This document shows, in pieces, positions 48,001-60,695 of a stretch of DNA of 64,000 nucleotides. Source of the DNA: Blastocladiella emersonii ATCC 22665 (Eukaryota > Fungi > Blastocladiomycota); contig JANHCV010000014.1 of NCBI GenBank assembly GCA_025594325.1, positions 1 to 64,000 on the forward strand, in the 5' to 3' direction. The translations under genes were made by a program, and so were the position numbers. Each line of letters begins with the position of its first letter. Within the stretch, counting starts at the first letter, position 1. Under the pieces are notes generated by a model. The model was not told where the DNA came from. It did not search any database and saw nothing but the letters and a program-made list of their open reading frames with translations.

Positions 48001-48395
48001 CAGACGAGGTCCCGACGAGCAGCGGCTCGAGGCCACCGTAGAAGGAGAAGCGGTGGCTACACGGTGGTTGGTGTTACGAGCGGTTGAGAGAGGGGGTCAA
48101 GTGGCGCGTACCGCTTCATGGCCGACGCCTGCAGCAGGTGCCGCGACGCGGCGGCCCACCGCCACGCGCTGGGTCCGGCGCCCGGCGGGCCGAACAGGAC
48201 ATTGCTGGCATCATGCGCTGCATCTGCTGCCGCAGTTGCTGTTGTGCTCGTGGAAGCCGCGGTCCCATTACGGTGCCGGCGCGGGGCACGGCGGTCGCCA
48301 CCCTCAACAGCAGCAGGCGGCCCGGGAGGGTCGGTCACGGCGATCGTGTCGCGGTACGACTTGAGCGAGTGCATTTCAGTCTTTGGTCGATTCAT
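45100..48395 (-). CDS. WD40-repeat protein with helical C-terminal region, 3 exons, function unknown
   Basis: ALDAWDL, VVRLWDPR and AVAEWDLR WD-like ends. The GTACGC-donor introns ~48111-48057 and ~47660-47605 join ORFs 48057..48395, 47621..47983 and 45100..47571. Confidence 0.7.
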
Positions 48396-48620
48396 GGTTG
48401 CTTGAGAGGCAGGCGAGGGAGGGGAGGAGGAGGCGTGGGAAGGCGTTGCCGTTGCGATCGACGCGCGACGCGTCCGCGGTCACGCGTGCTGCGCGCGTCG
48501 CGCCGCGTCTCCCACTGCCCGCGAGACAAACTTGGGAAGATTGCAGGCAAATGGGTTTTTCGGATTGATATGCTAGTAGTAGTAGTTGGTGGGGTGATAA
48601 AAACTCTCGCTCTCTCGCGG

Positions 48621-51079
48621 CTACGTCATGACCGCGGCGCCAGCACCGACCAACGCCATGCCCGCGAACGTGCGCATGAGGAGGCCGAACGTCGGGTCGG
48701 CGGCGATCTGGCCAGCGAAGAAGGACGGGACCACGGCGAGGGTCCCGTTGACGCAGCACGTCACGACGCCGTACGCCGTCGACAGCGTGGTCGGGTCGCG
48801 CACCAGGACCGGCAGCAGCGGCCACAGGAACTACGCGAGCGCGGGTGGGCGGGAAGGTGAGCGCGGAGCGTGACAGCAGGGACAAGACCAAAAAGTACCG
48901 ATGCGCCGACGGCGTACGCGGTGCCGAGGCCCATGAGCGCGAGGTACAGGAACCACTCGGACTCGGGCCCGACGGCGCTGAGGCCGTAGAATGCGCCGGC
49001 GAGCCCGACGGCGTTGGCGACCACGACGGCGCGTTGCCCGCGCCGCGGCAGCCGCTCGAACAGGTACCCCGACAGCGGGACGACGGTGGTCGCCATGATG
49101 TCCATGAGCGACACAAGGTGGCCGGCGCGCGTGCTCGACACGCCGTACCGCGTCTGCAGGAAATCGGACGAGATGCTCGTGAACGTGTTGCACGACACGT
49201 AGAGCGACACCATGGCCACGCAGAGCATCCAGAACGCCAACGGGAACGTGAACAGGACGAACCGCGCGCCGCCTGGTTTCGGTCGGCCGTTCAGGCCGGT
49301 GCCCGCCATGCGCTCGAGCGTTGCGAGCGTCGACTGCCGGCGCATCATGGACGTGGACATGAGCGAGGCCGTGGTCGATACGCGGCGCATGCGAGGCGGC
49401 GGGTATCCGGTATGTTGGTTCGAGTAAATGGACATGCTCGACGCGTGGATGTGCGGGGCGAGCGGCTCCTTGGTCAGCAGCAGGGCCTCGTCGGCGAGCG
49501 CCGTGTACGACGCGGTGCGGGCGAGCTGGGCCGTGGTCGAGGTAATGGCGGCGTACGACTCGACGACGGGCGGGTTGAGGAACAGCGGCGTGGTCTCGCT
49601 GGCGATGAGGAGCGGCGCGTCCGGGATCATCATGCCCGCGTCCGTCGTCGCGGCAGCGGCCACGGCGCTCTCGATGGCGTCGGCCGGGTTGCGGCGCTGG
49701 TCGATGAGGCACGCGGCGCTGCCGAAGAGCAGCGAGGCGGTGCACACGGCGAGGGCGGCGAGCGAGGCCATGGTGGCGTTGTGGCGGGCCTCGATCTCGG
49801 CCGTGAACAGGTCGTTGAGCACGGACCCGAGGCGGGCAAAGGCGAGGTGGAACCCGAGCGCGAACCCGAGCTCGGACTCGAGGTACCAGTCGCAGGTGAT
49901 GCGTGCCTGGGCGACGGCGAGCGACTCGCCGCCGACGCCGAGCAGGAAGCGGCCGAGGAGCAGCAGCGGGAAGTTGACGACGCGGATGCCGCAGGTGATG
50001 AGGGTCTGGCCGAGCACGACGAAGCCGAGGAGCGCCATGAGCACGGTACGCGGGCCGTGGTGGTCGATGAGGCGGCCGGCAATGAAGGGCATCAGGATGT
50101 TGGGGGTCGCGTAGAGCGCGTACGACTGGGCGAGCCCCTGCTGCCACGCGTCGTCGTCGAACCCAAACCGCTTGCCTAGCGGGAGGTTGAGCTGCGCGGG
50201 CAGGTCAAAGGCCCAGAAGCTGCCGGTCAGCGAGAGGGCGAGGGTGAGGAGCAGCCAGGGGCGCCATCCCGAGCGCTTGGCGGTGGCGCCGAGCAGCGGG
50301 TCGGTGCTGGCAGGGAGGGCGGCGGCGGGGTGCTCGAAGGCGTGGGCGAGGTGGCCCTCGGCGAGGAACACGGTGCTCTGGTTGACGGGCGGGAGGTGCA
50401 GGGCCGCGGCGAGGTCGTCCGTGTCCGAGTCGTGGAAGTAGTCGCGCTCGTCGTCCTCGATCATGAGGACCGAGCCGCCGTCGGGGCACTCGCCGCAGCC
50501 GCACGCGCGGGCGTCGGCGGTGTCGAGGAGGTCGTCGGACGGGGTGGCGAGGCCGTGGCGGAGGCAGAAGGTGCGGCGCAGCGGGCGCGGCGGGACGGCG
50601 TGTGCGTGGTGAAGGTGATCGGGCCAGTGATACGGGAAGGTCGAGACGGAGGCGGAGGCGACGGCGGTGGCCTCGTCGTCGCTGGCGCCGCTGACGGGCG
50701 AAGCGGCGACGGGGCTGAGCCGCGAGCGCCAGGTGTCGAAGCCGTCGGCGTGGTGGAGGTCCGAGGGAAGCGGGCAAGCCGCGGGGGCCGACGGCGGGTG
50801 CGGGGCGGGCGGCGCCGTGTTCACCTGGAGCAGCGGGCGGGCCGTGGGCTCCTCTGCCTCGCCCAGGTCGGGAGCGATGCGCAACGAGTCAAACTCGCCG
50901 GCGGCCGAGGCGGCGTCGGGTGCCGGCAGCCGGGCGTGTGCAAGTGCATGGTGGTGGTGGTGGTGGTGGTGATACAGCGGGCGATCGGGCGCATCGGCCG
51001 GCAGGCGACCCGCGGGCAGCGACGGGGCGTGTGCCGCAGCAGCGGGGGGAGGGGCGTGGCCGAGGTCGCCGTCCGCCAT
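48621..51079 (-). CDS. MFSD1: MFS transporter, MFSD1 (lysosomal/vacuolar)-like, 2 exons
   Basis: GSFWAFDLPAQL, YALYATPNILMPFIAGRLID, GRFLLGVGGESLAVAQ and LAFARLGSVLN; long disordered N-terminus with His8. Confidence 0.85.
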
Positions 51080-51569
51080 GCACCACGGGCGGACGGGCAG
51101 CGGTTGGCGGTCAGGGCGGGGAGGTGGGACAAGCCCGAGCGTGGAGCGTGGGATCCGGGGGCGGGTGGGGCGGCGCGCGGGGGAGCGAGTGCACCAAGTG
51201 CGGCGGGCGGGCGGGTCGATGCGTTGCGGGATCGCTGTGGGGAATGGGAGCGAGGGGAAGGGAAAGAGAGCGGCGGCCAAAGGGAGCGGCCGCATCCGAG
51301 GAGGGAGACGCAGCGCAACGCTCGGCGTGGCGCACGGGGTCGCTGCACACGGGATCCCCCGACACGGCGGACTCACCTCCGCGCGATCGCGCTCTCCAGC
51401 TTCTTGACTTCCTCCCCCTCCCTGTTCGTCGAGCAGCATGGATCACGGCAACATGCAACTTAGTAAATGAGTCAATGCACTGCACCGTGGGCCCGAGCCG
51501 CGTCCGCCGGGCCGATGAAGAACCACGGCCTCGCTTGGTCGCACCGCGGCGTGGCCTTGCGCTGATGCG

Positions 51570-53150
51570 TTGAAGTCCCCCACCCTTGCCCATCACGACC
51601 ACGACCGAGAGCATAAACTGGTACAGGTCCTGCGTCGGGTCCTTGGCCAGCGCCTCGTTGGACCGGCCAATCGTATCGTTGAACTTGGCCGCCGTGTTGC
51701 AGTACTCGTACGGGATGTCGGACGAAGAGCCCTGGAACAGCGGCTCTGCGGTGCCAATGTTGCTGTACTCGTCCATCTCCTCCGAACCGTTGAGCAGCGA
51801 TACGACCTTGCCGCCCTTGGCAGGACGTAGCTGGCGCAGATGCGGATGGTGTTGCCCGCCTCGAGCTGCGCGACGAGGATGCGGATCAGCTCGCGCGCGA
51901 TGGCCGCGAGTGCCGCCGGGGCTCCGTCTGCGAACATGACCCTACACGATAAGGCTGCGTGTGAGATCGGCGAGTGCGCGGGGTGTTTCTCGATCTTCAC
52001 GTACTGCACGTCGGCCGCGCTCACACCAGTGATGACAATCGCTTGGGACTCGAGACCGTCAGGCACTTGGCGGACGGGAACCTGGTCGTAACAATGGCGT
52101 GAGCTCGCTTCCCTCGTACTCAAGGGACCAGTGGCGGCACGTGTACCTCGTAGAAGATACGCGGAACTTGGCCCTCGGCCCCGTCGCCGGTACCAGCGTT
52201 GGCGGGCACGGTCGAAACGCTGTTGAGAAGAAGGGTCACGCTGTTGGGAACGCAGGCGACACCGTGGCTGTTGAGCTGCAGCCCGTCGTCGTCTTGGACT
52301 GCCACGGCCGGCGGCTCGTTGGTGGTTTAGTCCCGACTCGTAGAGCCACCACTTCGACCGTGTCCACTGGCTTCATCAAGAGCTCGCGTCGTGTAGCGCA
52401 CGTAGCCTGGGAGAAGACGGCACCACCATCGTAGAACGTTGATGTGGCCTTGCACGCTGGTCCCATCCAACAAGGATGGCAGATAGAGCGACCACTTGCC
52501 CAGCGCCTTCGCGAGATCCGTGACTCGCTTTGCTTCGACCTGCAACCGCTTCAGATTGACAGCACCGTTCAAGTCAAGGCACTGCGGGAACTGAAGCTTC
52601 AGCCAGACGTTGAGCAAGTCGTCGCGCCCGTTGCGGCTGGCAACCGTGGCAAGGTCGTTTTGGTCGAAGCGCGGATGCGGATGGCAAAGAAAGTACTTGA
52701 ACATGGCGGAGGGGCCAGGTTTACAGAAACCACGCAGAAATTCGTCGCGGGGGAAGTACATGATCAACTTGGCCGGGCTCTTGCGGCGTGCAAGAAACAG
52801 GAGTCTGTCGAGTCGGTCCTCGGCAACGACAGAGTCATGCCGGGAGTATATTTGGCTACAAACGCTTGTAGTCGGCCCAAACTACTAGCCGGGGCCACGT
52901 TCAAGTATCGGTGCAATTCTTTCCCAAGCTGTGCTTGTCCCGCCCACGTAGGACACCGCTTTCGCGAGTAAAATTCGTCCAAGTAATGCGAGCGCTGCGG
53001 ACGAAAGTAACCGATTTCTGTGAGGCACATGCATTTGCGGTTGTGGGGAGAGTCGGGCCAAAGTGCACGTGGGAAGCAGGCAAGACGGGAGGCTGCGAGA
53101 AGGATGTTCTTAATCAAGTCGATTGGTAGCGAGAGCATTGGTTCATTCAT
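51570..53150 (-). pseudogene. Multiply frameshifted ankyrin-like repeat family gene with F-box-like start
   Basis: MLSLPIDLIKNILLAA start; ASRNGRDDLL, TSVQGHINVLRWW, YTTRALDEASGHG and (shifted) KWWLYESGL. At least three frame changes; lower GC than neighbours. Confidence 0.65.
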
Positions 53151-53663
53151 GATATAATTTTGTGTGGAGCTCGTCGGGAGAAATTTGTACGAAAGCGAGC
53201 GTAAAGAGGCGGGCGGAGCGGCTCCAGCTGCCACGGACCGATGCACTCAACGACCAGAGCGCATGCATTCAACGACCGAGGAGGCTTGGAACTTGATGAA
53301 TCAGACGCACGAGCTTATCTTTGAGTTAATCTCGAGGACTGAACGCGCGGCTTAGTTCGAGTTCGCTCGTTGACACCCTGGTCGCTCATGCCTTGCTCGC
53401 TCCGCGGAGCAGCACAGGTACGACGAAGCCGTTTCAGAAAGTTGTTAAACTGGCCATTGTGCGCTGTTCTTTGCAGCGGTAATGATCAGCGACACATCCG
53501 CGAGCAACTGGCTGGGCGCGTGAGACGCGTCGCGCCACCCACGTGACGTGAGCCATCACGTGCCGAACCGGAGACATTTTTTCGAACGCTTGCCTCTGAC
53601 GGCTTCGCGCTTACGTGATCTCAGATAACCGATTATTCACACAATAGTACGCCCGGTTTGCTT

Positions 53664-56600
53664 TCACGCCAACCCGAACCACTTCATCACGGCGCGCCAG
53701 CACCCGCAGCGCCGCCGCTTGCCCGCCTTGTCCTCGAACTCGGCAACGCCGCCCGGCTGCGTCCACGCGCACCAGAGTCCGGCGGGGCATCCGCGCGGGA
53801 CCCAGTCGTCGGGCGCGGGCGCGTCCGCGTCGTTGCCGACGGCCTCGCCGCGGACCTGCAGCCGGACGGTGCGCTGGACGCGCGGCCAGCCCGTGAGCGC
53901 ATCGGCGACGGCGCCGCACCCGCTGCAGACGCGCGGCGACTCGGTGGCGGCCCCGTCGTGCACGGGCGCGCCGTGGACCCAGTACAGCGTCTGGCGCGCA
54001 AAGTCGACCACGGCGCCGCCGGCCGAGACCGCGACCGTGGTGTGCGCGGGCCCGCGGAAGTGGAGCCACGGCAGGTACACCTCGGAGACGCGCGACGCCG
54101 GGAGCGAGGTGAGGTCCGACACGGGCGGCGCGTCGATCCACGGCCGCGGCGGCGGCTGCTCCTGGGTCCCACTTGCAGGGCTGCAGCAGCAGTCGGGACA
54201 CATCGGCTCGGTGCGGAGCAGCGTCGCGTCGAACACGCGGCGGTGCATGTCAAAGGCCGTGTGCATGACGTCGTCGGCGGCGGCGGCGCGGAAGACGGGG
54301 CGGAGCAGGGCGCGCGCGGGCCGCGGGTTGCCTTGGAACCCGACGCTGAGGTCTTCGCCGTTCCACCCGTCGCCGGCGGCGCGCGAGTTGTCGGCGCAGT
54401 AGTTCCAGATGGTCGCGTGGAGCCGGTGCGCGTCGAGTGCCGCGAGGTTGGCGTCCATGGCGCGCGCGGCGAGCGGCGACGGCGACTCGCGCGCGGGCGG
54501 GTCCATGTCAAAGGGGATCCCGATCTCGCCGATCAGCACGGGCACGTTGGGCCCGAGGTGCGACGCGCCCTCCTCGGCAATCAGCCCGAGCGACGCCGCC
54601 ATGCCGCGCCGCACGCCCGCGTACCCGACGCGCAGACCCGTCACCCAGTTCTTGCGCCCGCGCAAGATGTGCAGAAAGTCCACGTTGTACGGCCAGTGGT
54701 GCTTGGTGATGAGCGTCAGCCCGTCGTACCAGTGCGGCGCGTACACGAGGTCGCGCGCGAACGCGGGGTCGGCGCGGAACTCGCGCTCGCCCTTGGGTGT
54801 TGGTGGTGGGGAGACGTGGAGGTGCGTCGCCGACGTGATCCCGCTCATCGAGACGGACGGGAGCGGCAGCGGCGGGCCCGTGCCCATGGACCGCGTACCG
54901 GCGGGCTTCTCATCGAGATCAGCGTCAACGAGCTCGGGCGCGCTGCGTTTCGACGCCCACGTTGGTGGTGGCGGCGGGAGCGGTTCGGCACCCGCAAGCT
55001 TGCCACCACCGTACCCGCCGTGCAGCGTCAGCGCGTGCTGCAGGTTCGGCGGCTCCTCGTTGACGGGCGGGTCGAGGAACACGAGTGTGGCGGGGTCGAC
55101 GGACCGCAGCGCGGCGCCGAACCGCTCGACAAACGGCCACCAGTAGTGCTCGGTGAAGGCCTCGGGCGTGATGGCGAACCCGTGCTTCGGGTCGCGCGCA
55201 AAGTAGTCGGCGCGGACAGCGCCGCGCGGGGACGCCGCGTCGTACACGCCGTGGGCGGCCCAGATGCACCCGCCCGCGGGGACTGCGTCGCCGGCGGCCC
55301 CCGATGCGGGCGCAAACATGGACCCGATGCGGGCGCCGAGCCGCTCGATGCGGCGTCCCGCGGCCTTGGCGGCAGCGACGCCCTCGGCGCGCAGCTCGGC
55401 GGGGGACCGGCGGCGGTCGAGCCACGCTGTGCGGCCGGCCGGGTTGAGCGTGGTGGATCCGTCGGGCACGGGCCCGCACCACGCGATGCGGAACTGCGCG
55501 ACGCCCGTGACCGTGTACCCGGCGCCGGCGCGCAGGGCCTGGATGGGCGTCGGGGTCGCGCCGTTGCGCAGCGACTGCCACGGCAGCAGCGCCGACAGGT
55601 CCGGGCACCCGATCCAGCCCTGGTTCGGCTCGTTGAACGTGTCCCAGCCGAGGACCGCGGGCAGCAGCTGGGTCGGCGGGGCCGAGGCGAGGTTGGTGAG
55701 CCCCGCGGCGTGCACGCGGCGCGCGACAAACAGCATGGCGTGGATGAAGTGGAACTGGAGGAACGCCTGGACCGAGTACCGCTCGCCATCCCCATCGTCG
55801 ACGGTGAGGCGCGGGGCGAAGGCGTCGCCGCCAAAAAAGAGCGTGAACATGGTGGCGGCGGCCAGCTTGTAGTAGTTGGTCTGCCAGATCATCTTCGGGT
55901 ACGCGCTCGGGTCGCCATTGGCCTCGGGGTGGCGTGCCATCCACTCGGCGTGGCACATGGCGGCGCCCGCGTCGTACAGGGCCTCGGCGTTGAGGCCGAC
56001 GAGGCGCAGGGTCCAGTTGGGCGCACCGCTGCCGCCGCAGTGGCGGCTCCACACGTCCTGGTGCGGGTCGAGGATACACGTCAGGCCGTGGTGCGCGGCA
56101 CGGCGGACGACCGCGACCAGGTAGTCGGCGTACTCGGCGTCGTAGATGCCCGGCCCGTAGTGCTCGACGGCCTCCCACGTCAGGCACAGGCGCAGCACGT
56201 TGAACCCCCACGACCGCAGCAGCGCGAGGTGGTGGTCGGCCTCGGCGAGCGGGAACGGGCGGCCGACGAAGCTCACGTCCAGGTCGCGGAAGAAGCCCTC
56301 GGCGACGTGCGACGGCATCAGCGGCTCGAACGGCGACTTGGCGTTGCCCGACAGGTTGACGCCGCGCAGCAGCAGGCGCCGGCCGTGCCGGTCGACGAAC
56401 CAGCGGCCCGAGATGTACGGCGACGTGTTGGGCAGCGGGGCCGGGCCCGGCGAGACCTGGTGCAGGGTCCCGCTCGACCGCGCCGGCGTCGCATGCAGCG
56501 GGCGCGACTGGGTTGGTGGCGGCGACGCGGGCAGCGGTGGCGGTGGCGATCCGGGCTTGGAGACGGGGCTGCTTGCGCTCCCGACGTAGGTCGCCGGGTC

Positions 56601-56837
56601 ATCGTCATCATCATCGTCGTCATCCTCGCCCTCGTCGCCCGTGACGATGGTGCAGTCGCCCGACGAGGCAAGCGAGTCGCCGCCGAGCGTTGGGTGCGGC
56701 GATCCGATGAGGGCACCGACGGGTGGCGACAGGGGCGCGACCGGCGCGGGCGACGTGGCCGGGTCGTCGGCGGGGTCGACGAGGCTCGCCGACTGCCGCT
56801 TGCGCAGCGACGACGGGTGCTGCTGCGACGAGTCCAT
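53664..56837 (-). CDS. Glycoside hydrolase family 5, endoglycoceramidase-related / steryl-beta-glucosidase (EGCrP/Egh1-like)
   Basis: FVDRHGRRLLLRGVNLSG, SFVGRPFPL, LTWEAVEH, DPHQDVWSR, FNEP (acid/base) and IGEIGIP (nucleophile). Confidence 0.93.
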   Translation of the reverse strand: MDSSQQHPSSLRKRQSASLVDPADDPATSPAPVAPLSPPVGALIGSPHPTLGGDSLASSGDCTIVTGDEGEDDDDDDDDDPATYVGSASSPVSKPGSPPPPLPASPPPTQSRPLHATPARSSGTLHQVSPGPAPLPNTSPYISGRWFVDRHGRRLLLRGVNLSGNAKSPFEPLMPSHVAEGFFRDLDVSFVGRPFPLAEADHHLALLRSWGFNVLRLCLTWEAVEHYGPGIYDAEYADYLVAVVRRAAHHGLTCILDPHQDVWSRHCGGSGAPNWTLRLVGLNAEALYDAGAAMCHAEWMARHPEANGDPSAYPKMIWQTNYYKLAAATMFTLFFGGDAFAPRLTVDDGDGERYSVQAFLQFHFIHAMLFVARRVHAAGLTNLASAPPTQLLPAVLGWDTFNEPNQGWIGCPDLSALLPWQSLRNGATPTPIQALRAGAGYTVTGVAQFRIAWCGPVPDGSTTLNPAGRTAWLDRRRSPAELRAEGVAAAKAAGRRIERLGARIGSMFAPASGAAGDAVPAGGCIWAAHGVYDAASPRGAVRADYFARDPKHGFAITPEAFTEHYWWPFVERFGAALRSVDPATLVFLDPPVNEEPPNLQHALTLHGGYGGGKLAGAEPLPPPPPTWASKRSAPELVDADLDEKPAGTRSMGTGPPLPLPSVSMSGITSATHLHVSPPPTPKGEREFRADPAFARDLVYAPHWYDGLTLITKHHWPYNVDFLHILRGRKNWVTGLRVGYAGVRRGMAASLGLIAEEGASHLGPNVPVLIGEIGIPFDMDPPARESPSPLAARAMDANLAALDAHRLHATIWNYCADNSRAAGDGWNGEDLSVGFQGNPRPARALLRPVFRAAAADDVMHTAFDMHRRVFDATLLRTEPMCPDCCCSPASGTQEQPPPRPWIDAPPVSDLTSLPASRVSEVYLPWLHFRGPAHTTVAVSAGGAVVDFARQTLYWVHGAPVHDGAATESPRVCSGCGAVADALTGWPRVQRTVRLQVRGEAVGNDADAPAPDDWVPRGCPAGLWCAWTQPGGVAEFEDKAGKRRRCGCWRAVMKWFGLA

Positions 56838-57260
56838 GGGCTACTCAGTGGTGCGCGCCGGTGAGTACGGGCGGGAGACTCGGGGCAGGAGCCGTCGTAC
56901 GAGTGCGCGCGCCGGATTCGATTCGATGATGGGTTTCTAGTGTACAGATGGCGGAGGCGGAGCGCGGAAGCAGCGGATGCGTGGATCGGGCCGGGACCTG
57001 CGGCCAGTGTTACATGGGAGTGTGATATTGCGCGCTGTAGTACAGGGAGCGGGACGGCGGAGGGAGAGCGGGCGGAGGGAGAAGGGCGCGCGGGCAAGGG
57101 AGACGCGCCGCGGACTTTGGCGCTGCGCGGTCAGCCCCACTGTGGCGCAACGTTCGCGAACGGCCTCCTGCAGGCTGAAAACAGCCCGCGTCCGATCCAG
57201 CCCTCTCCAAGTCGCAGATGGGAATAAATAATTCGCGCCCGAGTGTATGGATCCAGATCA

Positions 57261-59014
57261 TCACGTCCGCGCGCGCTTCGCGGCCGGATCGCCGCCCCCG
57301 CCGTCCGAGTCGCCGTCGTCGTGCGGGTCGCGCACGCGCTTGCCGAGCAGCGAGTCGGCGTCGTCGTCAATGGCAAAGGACGCGTCGGGCGGGTGCAGCT
57401 GGTCGGGCTCGTCGTCGGGGAACCCGAGGAACGACGTGTCGGCGATGCTGGTGCCGCCCATGAGGTGGTCCGGGCCGTAGTGGTCCTCCTCGTCCTCCTC
57501 TTCTTCTTCGTCGTCGTCGTCGTCCTCGTCCGACCGCGCAGGTTGTGGTACTGGTGGCGGGACATGCTGCAGCGGCTCGACGACGGGCATGGGGTCGTCC
57601 GACTCTTCCGACTCGTCCGAGTCGTAGGCGTCGGCGGCCGCGTCCTCGACCTCGCCGTGCTCAATGTCCTCCTCGACGTCCTGGTCCTACATGTCGGAGG
57701 CGGATCGAGAGTGAGCTGGCGAGCCGGCGGCGCGAGCGGCGGAAGCGAGCGTACCTGCTCCATCGAGTCCTCGTCCTCGTCGTCCTCTTCCTCGTCGTCG
57801 TCCTCGGACTGGACCGTGGCGGGCGCCGATCGTGGTGGGGCAGCGGGTGGCGGCTGCGGCGGGGCGAAGCTGCCGAGGTCGGACCCCTCGTCCGAGTCGG
57901 AATCCGAGTCCGAGACAAAGACGCGTTCGGGTTGCCGCTGCGGCGCGGCGGGTTGTGGTGGTGGTGGCGGGTCGTTGTCGTCCTCTTCTTCTTCCTCCTC
58001 CTCGATGGACTCGTCCTCCTCGTCGTCGTCCGAGTCGGAGATGACGTGGGTCTCGACGACGCGCGCCGGCTCGGCGGGTGACGGGTCGACGGCGAGGATC
58101 TGGTCCTCCTCCTCCTCGTCGTCGACGTCCCCGCCGTGCGAGTCGAGGCGCGAGTCGGGGTCCGAGTCCTCCTCCTCGTCGCCGGCCGACGACGACGACG
58201 TGGCGTGGCCTGGCGACGACGCGCCCTTGCCCGCGGCGTAACCGCGCGGCGGGCCCTTGCCCTTGAACCCCTTGCGCGGGACGCCCTTGGACACGGTCCC
58301 GCGCGGCGCGCCCTTGGATTTGGCCGTGGAAGAGGACGACGAGGCGGTAGTGGCGCGGAACCCCTTGCCGCGGCCGAGGCCCTTGCCGCCCGTGGACCGG
58401 CGCGGCTCCTCGTCGTCGTTGTCGGAGCTGGCGTCCTCCTCGCTGCTGCTCGCGTCGCTGCCCGACGCATCGTCGTCGTCCTCGTCGTCGCTATCGTCGT
58501 CGTAGCCGACAAAGTTACCCGCGCGGTCGACGCCGTCGACGGCCGCGAGCGACGGGCACGCGGCAAAGAGGGCGTCGCGGTACGCGTCGCGGGTGGCGAG
58601 CGGGGTGGCGAGCACGTTGACGGTGCGCAGGGCGGGGAGGGCGGCGAGGTCGTGGATGGCGGCGGGGGCGTCGATCCGCGTGTTGGCGGCGTCGAGCCAC
58701 GCGAGGTTCGGGCACTTTGCGCCGACGCCCGCGAGCGAGGTCAGCGCCGGGTTGTCGGCGACGGCGAGGCGGCGCAGCGCGGGCAGCACGGGCAGGAGGA
58801 GCGGGAGCACGGGCGCCGACAGCTGGCACCGGATCAGCGACAGGCGCGATAGCGCCGTGAAGCGCGCGAGCGAGGCGGCGAGCACGGGCGCGGCAGACGC
58901 GGAGATGGGCAGGTTGTCGAGCGTCAGGGCCTCGGTGGCGGCCGCGTCGGCGGCGGACGGCGCCACGACGAGCGCGTGCAGCCCCGCGTCGAGGGCGGCG
59001 CCGGGCGGGTCCAT
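57261..59014 (-). CDS. ANP32-like acidic leucine-rich nuclear protein, 2 exons
   Basis: Short LRRs plus LRRcap (YRDALFAACPSLAAVDG), long Asp/Glu tracts and terminal basic NLS-like KRVR/KRAR; GTACGC..TAG intron ~57752-57688. Confidence 0.78.
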
Positions 59015-59313
59015 GGCGCTGCGCGTGTGGGGTGGGGTTGTTGCACGCAGTGGCGGGGCGGAATTCGGTGGGGAAGGAATCAAGAGAGGGGGAGGGGCGA
59101 ACGCGTCGGCCGGCGGCCGTCAGCCCGGGCCACGTGTGCGCGCGCGGCCGCCCGTCGTCATCGCCGCGGCCGCACGCGTCGCTCACCTCGCTGCGCGTGT
59201 GCCGCCTTGGCCGGGGAGGGCCATCGCACCCTCCTCGCACCCCCCACCAAAGACGCCGAGCGCGCACCTCACTCGCTGCAACGTAACTGAACCCCCACGC
59301 ACCGACACCCGCC

Positions 59314-60695
59314 ATGCCGCCCAAGCAGGACTGGGAGAAATGTAACGCCCGTCTCGTCACCCGGAACCGCCGTCACCGCCCGCCCTGACGCCCCACCACC
59401 CGCCCTACCGCCTAGACTCCAAGGCGCAGATCGAGGGCAAGGAGAACGAGAAGATCCAGGCCCTCGACGAGAACGACATTGCCCTGCTCAAGACGTACGG
59501 CCGCGGGCCCTACGCGCTGCGCCTCAAGAAGATCGAGGCCGACATCAAGGAGGCCCAGAAGCGCGTCAACGACAAGCTCGGCGTCAAGGAGTCGGACACG
59601 GGCCTCGCCCCGCCCAACATGTGGGACATCAACGCCGACCGCCAGCGCCTGCACGAGGAGCAGCCGCTGCAGGTCGCCCAGTGCACCAAGATCATGCGCA
59701 CCGAGGGCGACGACACGGACAAGTACGTGATCAACATCAAACAGATTGCCAAGTTCGTCGTCGGCCTCGGCGACCGCGTCTCGCCCACCGACGTCGAGGA
59801 GGGCATGCGCGTCGGCGTCGACCGCCAAAAGTACCAGATCCAGGTCCCGCTGCCCCCGAAGATCGACGCCTCCGTCACCATGATGCAGGTCGAGGAGAAG
59901 CCCGACGTGACCTACGCCGACGTCGGCGGGTGCAAGGAGCAGATCGAGAAGCTGCGCGAGGTCGTCGAGCTGCCCCTGCTCCACCCGGAGCGCTACATTG
60001 CCCTCGGCATCGACCCGCCCAAGGGCGTCCTCTGCTACGGCCCGCCCGGCACGGGCAAGACCCTGTGCGCCCGCGCCGTGGCCAACCGCACCGACGCCAC
60101 CTTCATCCGCGTCATCGGGTCCGAGCTCGTCCAAAAGTACGTGGGCGAGGGCGCGCGCATGGTGCGCGAGCTGTTCGAGATGGCGCGCTCGCGCAAGGCG
60201 TGCATCATCTTCTTTGACGAGGTGGACGCGATCGGCGGCGCGCGCCACGACGACGGCGCCGGCGGCGACAACGAGGTGCAGCGCACCATGCTCGAGCTCA
60301 TCAACCAGCTCGACGGCTTCGACGCCCGCGGCAACATCAAGGTGCTCATGGCCACCAACCGCCCCGACACGCTCGACCCCGCCCTGCTCCGCCCCGGCCG
60401 CCTCGACCGCAAGGTCGAGTTTGGCCTGCCCGACCTCGAGGGCCGCGCCCACATTCTCAAGATCCACGCAAAGTCCATGTCGGTCGACCGCGACATCCGC
60501 TACGAGCTGATTGCCCGCCTGTGCCCCAACGCCACGGGCGCCGAGCTCCGCTCCGTGTGCACCGAGGCCGGCATGTTCGCCATCCGCGCCCGCCGCAAGA
60601 TCGCCACCGAAAAGGACTTCCTCGACGCGGTCGCCAAGGTCATCAAGGGCTACGCCAAGTTCTCGTCCACGGCAAAGTACATGCAGTACAACTGA
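59314..60695 (+). CDS. RPT1: 26S proteasome regulatory AAA-ATPase subunit 7, 2 exons
   Basis: MPPKQDWEK|[46 protein letters not shown] and C-terminal YMQYN. Confidence 0.97.

Noticed and set aside
53500-53620. CACGTG E-box-like cluster and small GC hairpin in the intergenic region
   Set aside because: These are common short motifs with no supporting evidence of function.
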